Part shown: positions 59,953 to 64,000 of the stretch, in pieces | How positions within the stretch are numbered: the stretch's first letter is position 1 | Layout of the letters: each line of letters starts with the position of its first letter | Assembly: GCA_013334575.1 (NCBI GenBank) | Contig: JAAXXG010000005.1 | Location: forward strand, 3,080 to 67,079 | DNA length: 64,000 nucleotides | Origin: Candidatus Moraniibacteriota bacterium | GTDB lineage: Bacteria; Patescibacteriota; Minisyncoccia; Moranbacterales; UBA1568 | Direction: 5' to 3' | Notes under the pieces: generated by a model | Databases searched by the model: none | What the model was told of the DNA's origin: nothing | The model's input: the letters and a program-made list of their open reading frames with translations, nothing else | Position numbers and translations under genes: made by a program

Positions 59953-60848
59953 GAAACAAGGTATTTTGCGAGCTCTGAAATTTCGGGGGACACTGTCTCG
60001 TCGGTGGTGAAAGCGGGGCAGCTGTTAACTTCGAATATGAATGGTCCGCGTTCCGGATGATCCACTATATCGACTCCGGCAATCTCGATATCCGTAATTT
60101 CCGCGCCGAGGACGGCGGCCATCCTCACCTCCTCCCGGACCTTGGACGGGTCGATGAATTCCTCATCCGCTCCAAGGTGGACGTTGTTCCGGAATTCCTC
60201 TTTCCCGGAACGGGTTTTCTTTTCCGCTACGGAAACATGATTTCCCATGACGAGAAGGCGATATTCGAATGTATTCGGTATGAATTCCTGCAGGAAAATC
60301 TCCCTTCCACCGTTGTTTTCAAGCCGGTCGCATATGATTTTTGAGAGTTCTTCCCCTGTTTTCGCTAGAAATACACCGGATCCCTGCGAGGAATTCGTCT
60401 CTTTCACGACGATTGGAAAGCCGAGGAACGCGATGGCGTTTTCCCTTTGCTGTCCGGAATATCCCGCCGAATGATATGTTTTCGGAACGGGTGCTCCGCT
60501 CAGGGCGAGATTGAAGATCTGGATGATTTTCGCCATATCCGAAGCGTCCTTGGTCCGATTATGGAATCCGTCCAGGAATCTGACCCCTTTCCGTTCCGAG
60601 AGGCGACAGAGCATGTGCGCCAACCCTCTGTACTTCCCGACTTTTCTCGGGTATATAGTCGTCCATTCGTCGACGGGCTTTTCTTCAACTCGTATCTCGA
60701 CACTCCCTTTTTCTATGAAGACCTCGAGATCCTCGAAACTGGAGACGGAATAAGGGGTGCCGTCTTCGGAGAGCTTTTCACCGAGTGCGTCGAGAAATCC
60801 TGTCATTTTCGGTCCCGTCTCTCTTTTGCTTTTCAATATGAGCAACAT
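59937..60848 (-). CDS. RimK-family ATP-grasp ligase
   Basis: PVPKT, FPIVVK..SSQGSGV, QEFIP, FRNNVHLG, AGVDI, FEVNSCP. Confidence 0.9.
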   Translation of the reverse strand: MLLILKSKRETGPKMTGFLDALGEKLSEDGTPYSVSSFEDLEVFIEKGSVEIRVEEKPVDEWTTIYPRKVGKYRGLAHMLCRLSERKGVRFLDGFHNRTKDASDMAKIIQIFNLALSGAPVPKTYHSAGYSGQQRENAIAFLGFPIVVKETNSSQGSGVFLAKTGEELSKIICDRLENNGGREIFLQEFIPNTFEYRLLVMGNHVSVAEKKTRSGKEEFRNNVHLGADEEFIDPSKVREEVRMAAVLGAEITDIEIAGVDIVDHPERGPFIFEVNSCPAFTTDETVSPEISELAKYLVSCEKR

Positions 60849-60861
60849 AGGTTCTTGATCG

Positions 60862-62256
60862 TTATTTACTGACGTCGACGAGAAATTTTCTGAGGCTTTT
60901 CCGTCCGATGATGACGGGGTATTCCAACCCGGTCCGATCTATCGCGGAAACCTTCGCTGGAATGATCACCTGGTCGATCGAGAGGTCGATCCGGAACATG
61001 GGCCGATAACTTGTGCCGTGTGACGATTTGATTTGGGCCGTATCGGCAAGGTCGGGTATTCCGGAAAAAAGGACCTCGCGTTCCCGTTTTGAGAGGTCAT
61101 TGAGGACGTCGCGGTCTCCCATGCGATTCTCAAACAGCGCTATGGCATCCCTAAAGCCGAGCTTGCGGGCGAGTTCCGTGTCTACGGAAGTCGAGTCGGC
61201 TCCCGTGTCTATCTTGGCCTCGACCGTGATTTCCTTTCCGTCCTTTCCGAAGAGGCGAACCTTTTCTACGGACCCGATGACACGCTTTCCGGAGAGTTCC
61301 TCGATTTCCTCCTCGATCTCTCCGCCGAAGAGGTTCTTCCCGAGGAGGATGCCTCGCTCGGTCGTCTTCACCTTGAGGCCTTTCACACGATCCAGCCGAC
61401 CTTTGAGTCCCGTGAGGTTGGCGATCTGTATGGAGAGGCCCGGACGGGCGTTAAGTTCGAGAAGGACCGGTCCGCGGTCCCGGTCGATAGCGATGTCCGC
61501 GCCGAGGAAACCGAGTCCGGAAACGGACTGCGATTCCACCGCGATGCGGAGGATCTCGTTCCAGTAGGGGATGCGGATACCGGAGAGGGCGAGCCGTGTC
61601 CCGGGGACATAGTCGATGAGATGCGATTTCCCGACGACGGCCGAGGTCGTCGTTCCGGTCGCGAGGTCGATCCCGGTCCCGATGGCACCCTGCTGAAGGT
61701 TGGCTTTTCCGTCGGATTCTCGCGTCGGGAGGCGGAGCATAGCCATGACGGGGACGCGGTTGAAGACGATGACGCGGATGTCGGGGATGCCCTTGTACGC
61801 GTACGGCTTGAAGAGCTTAAGCAGCTTCAGTCTCTCCTCGAAGAAAGCGATATCAGGAGTATTCGTCAGTGAGAACGATCCGTCGAGGATGTTTCGGATA
61901 TGCGTACGGAGGTCTTCGACGGTCACCACGGCGCCGCTCGCCTTCACCCAGGCGTCGTTCCGGCCGCGTTTCCGACCGTAGACGATGAGGATTCCTTCTC
62001 CGCCGAATCCGCGGTTCGGTTTGAGCGCGAAGCTTCCCGGAAGCGACGACCAGTCGAAGTCTTCGAGTTCGGCATGGGTGCGGATACGGGCGATAAGACC
62101 CGGGACCGGAAGCCCGTTCTTCCGGAGAAGCCGCTTCGCGCGCAGCTTATTGTCCGCGAACTCGCGTCCGCTCCGCTTGTTAAGCGGGCGGATGTAGTCG
62201 AGGTTTCGGGCGTTCATCCCGAGCAGTTCCCGGCTGTTTCGAAGGAGTTCGAACAT
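60862..62256 (-). CDS. Alpha-L-glutamate-ligase-like ATP-grasp fused to a RimB-like aspartic peptidase
   Basis: LGMNARNLDYI, MAMLRLPT..SDGKANLQQG, LELNARPGLSIQIAN; C-terminal AKIDTGADSTS...YPVIIGR. Confidence 0.9.
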   Translation of the reverse strand: MFELLRNSRELLGMNARNLDYIRPLNKRSGREFADNKLRAKRLLRKNGLPVPGLIARIRTHAELEDFDWSSLPGSFALKPNRGFGGEGILIVYGRKRGRNDAWVKASGAVVTVEDLRTHIRNILDGSFSLTNTPDIAFFEERLKLLKLFKPYAYKGIPDIRVIVFNRVPVMAMLRLPTRESDGKANLQQGAIGTGIDLATGTTTSAVVGKSHLIDYVPGTRLALSGIRIPYWNEILRIAVESQSVSGLGFLGADIAIDRDRGPVLLELNARPGLSIQIANLTGLKGRLDRVKGLKVKTTERGILLGKNLFGGEIEEEIEELSGKRVIGSVEKVRLFGKDGKEITVEAKIDTGADSTSVDTELARKLGFRDAIALFENRMGDRDVLNDLSKREREVLFSGIPDLADTAQIKSSHGTSYRPMFRIDLSIDQVIIPAKVSAIDRTGLEYPVIIGRKSLRKFLVDVSK

Positions 62257-62263
62257 AGGTCTG

Positions 62264-62920
62264 TCACTTCTGCCGGAGGACGGTCAGGAATCGGAAGTAC
62301 TCCGTGAGCCGGAGGCCGGTCCATTTTCCGAGGACGACGTTGAGCGGGATGGTGAGGAGGACTGTCCAGGGATGCGCGAGGATGAATCGGACGAACGCCG
62401 GCCAGGAGATAAGCGCGTAGCCGACGAGGGAGATGGCAAGCGTCTCCGCGGCGAGGATGACCGCGGCGCGGGTGCCCTTTTCGAGCTGGACGGCGACGAA
62501 CTTCTCCGTGATGGTGATCATGATGAGGAGCGGGAAGATCGAGACCGACGCGAGTCCGGTGCGGTGTGTCGCCCCGCCAAGGACCAGGATGCCGAGCATC
62601 GAGAAGGAGATTACCGAGAGGGTGATGGCTACGCGGGGGAGATACAGGAGCCGGAACCGCCGGAGGACGTACCGGGTTACCATACCGATCAGGATGACGC
62701 TTCCGAAGATGGCGATGCCGTATTTAAGCCCGTTCGGGTCGAACGCGAGCAGGGCGAACGTGACGATGGACGGCGCATAGATGCCGAACGCTTTGATACC
62801 GACGACCTGTCGGAAGAACGAGGCGAGTGTCGCGACGACGGGGAGCAGGAGAAGAAGTGCCATCGTCTGAGCGGGTACGTTCTGACCGACGATGAATTCG
62901 GTGATCGGGCTGTAGTCCAT
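62264..62920 (-). CDS. 7TM domain of the inactive-transglutaminase-associated family
   Basis: RQVVGIKAFGIYAP, LLYLPR, SIFPLLIM..TE, WTGLRLTEYFRF. Confidence 0.85.
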   Translation of the reverse strand: MDYSPITEFIVGQNVPAQTMALLLLLPVVATLASFFRQVVGIKAFGIYAPSIVTFALLAFDPNGLKYGIAIFGSVILIGMVTRYVLRRFRLLYLPRVAITLSVISFSMLGILVLGGATHRTGLASVSIFPLLIMITITEKFVAVQLEKGTRAAVILAAETLAISLVGYALISWPAFVRFILAHPWTVLLTIPLNVVLGKWTGLRLTEYFRFLTVLRQK

Positions 62921-62986
62921 ACGGTTCTTCGTGCGTCTTATGCGTTTCCATTATCCCCGTATCCGGAACGCGCCGCAAGCGAAGCG

Positions 62987-63472
62987 TCATCGACAGAGTC
63001 GCGATTTCCGCGAGAATGCGTGACAGAGTCCGATGGCGAGCGCGTCGGCGGTGTCGTCCGGCTTCGGTATCGCCGGAAGCCGTAGGACGTTCTTCGTCAT
63101 GAACTGCATCTGCCGTTTCTCGGCGGAGCCGTATCCGGTGAGTGCCTGCTTGACCTGATTAGGGGTATAACCGGATATGATAACACCGAAACGATTCAAT
63201 GTCAAGAGTATGACGCCTCTTGCCTGGGCGACCGCGATAGCCGTTTTGGCGTTGTTCGAAAAGAAAAGTTCTTCGACAGCGGCCTCTTCCGGTTGGTGGA
63301 CCGTGAGAATCTTCTCGAGGTCGTCTGCCAGGGTACGGAGTCGGGTCGCGGGATCGAGATCCTTGTCGGTCGAGATATGGCCGTAGGCGACCGCGGAGAC
63401 GTTACCGGAGCGTTCCTCGAGAACGCCCCAGCCGATGGTGGCCGTGCCGGGATCGATACCGATGATGCGCAT
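62987..63472 (-). CDS. ruvC: Holliday junction resolvase RuvC
   Basis: IGIDPG, AVEELFF, QARGV, DDTADALA. Confidence 0.97.
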   Translation of the reverse strand: MRIIGIDPGTATIGWGVLEERSGNVSAVAYGHISTDKDLDPATRLRTLADDLEKILTVHQPEEAAVEELFFSNNAKTAIAVAQARGVILLTLNRFGVIISGYTPNQVKQALTGYGSAEKRQMQFMTKNVLRLPAIPKPDDTADALAIGLCHAFSRKSRLCR

Positions 63473-63517
63473 ATCTTCGGAACTTATTCCGTCTTTCGTC
63501 CGTAACGGCGTCCGTCG

Positions 63518-64000
63518 TCAGCCGTGGGTGTTTTCCAGGTTATCCCAGACGGTCTGGACATCCGCGTGGTCCTCGAGTATCTCGAGAAGTCGATCAAGCG
63601 CGTTCCATTCTTCGTCCGTCACGGTGACGCGTTGGGTCGGGAGGAATGAAAGGGAGGCGGAAGTAACGGTAAATCCGGCCGTTTCGAGCGATTCCTTGGC
63701 CGACTGGAGGGACTCCTGCGGTACGTAGGCGTAGAGCGAACCGTCCGCACGCTCGATATCCTCCGCTCCGGCCTCGATGGCGGCGAGTTCGGCTTCGTCC
63801 GGATCGCGTCCGTCAAGGGAGATTTCGATTTCTCCGACAGGACGGAAGAGATAAGAAACCGATCCTTCGGGGACGATCTTCCCGCCGTTCTTCGTGAGCA
63901 GGGTCCGGACCTCTCCGAATGTTCTGTTCCGATTGTCTGTCGCAGTGCCGATGAGAAGGGCGACCTGCCCCGGTCCGTAGGCCTCGTAGACGAGTTCCTC
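63518..64000 (-). CDS. yebC: YebC/PmpR family protein, 5' end outside the window
   Basis: Manual translation EELVYEAYGPGQVALLI...TDNRNRT...GSVSYLF...LEDHADVQTVWDN; upstream of ruvC. Confidence 0.93.
   Translation of the reverse strand, partial: EELVYEAYGPGQVALLIGTATDNRNRTFGEVRTLLTKNGGKIVPEGSVSYLFRPVGEIEISLDGRDPDEAELAAIEAGAEDIERADGSLYAYVPQESLQSAKESLETAGFTVTSASLSFLPTQRVTVTDEEWNALDRLLEILEDHADVQTVWDNLENTHG

Overview
This is an origin-proximal 64 kb chromosomal region of a small-genome bacterium, inferred to be Patescibacteria/CPR (Parcubacteria-like). The inference rests on CCA-less tRNAs, mostly Shine-Dalgarno-less genes with a TATG start context, a CPR-type pilin fusion and the gene order. The window holds the jag-yidC-rnpA-rpmH / dnaA-oriC-dnaN-DciA cluster, with a strand-composition switch between dnaA and dnaN. 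It also has housekeeping genes (pyk, htpX, lemA, rsmA, lspA, pnp, rpsO, gyrA, rpsA, gmk, tilS, ftsH, rbfA, rplS, ahpC, sod, PBP1A, ruvC, yebC), 10 tRNAs and a glycosyltransferase/O-antigen-ligase/flippase cluster. Main points of interest: (1) a ~600-nt highly structured candidate non-coding RNA (12150-12747, minus strand) with its own sigma70 promoter and terminator, fitting no RNA family I recognise; (2) a compact array of 8 perfect parS palindromes; (3) a tRNA-Gly-anchored array of tRNA-3'-end/hairpin repeats flanking foreign gene cassettes; (4) a 7TM + triple ATP-grasp + fused aspartic-peptidase operon; (5) a low-GC two-gene wHTH + membrane-protein island with a palindromic operator; (6) a pilin-M15 peptidase fusion; (7) a guanylate kinase with a Walker A Lys-to-Glu change. 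All calls come from reading the sequence only; no searches or folding programs were run.
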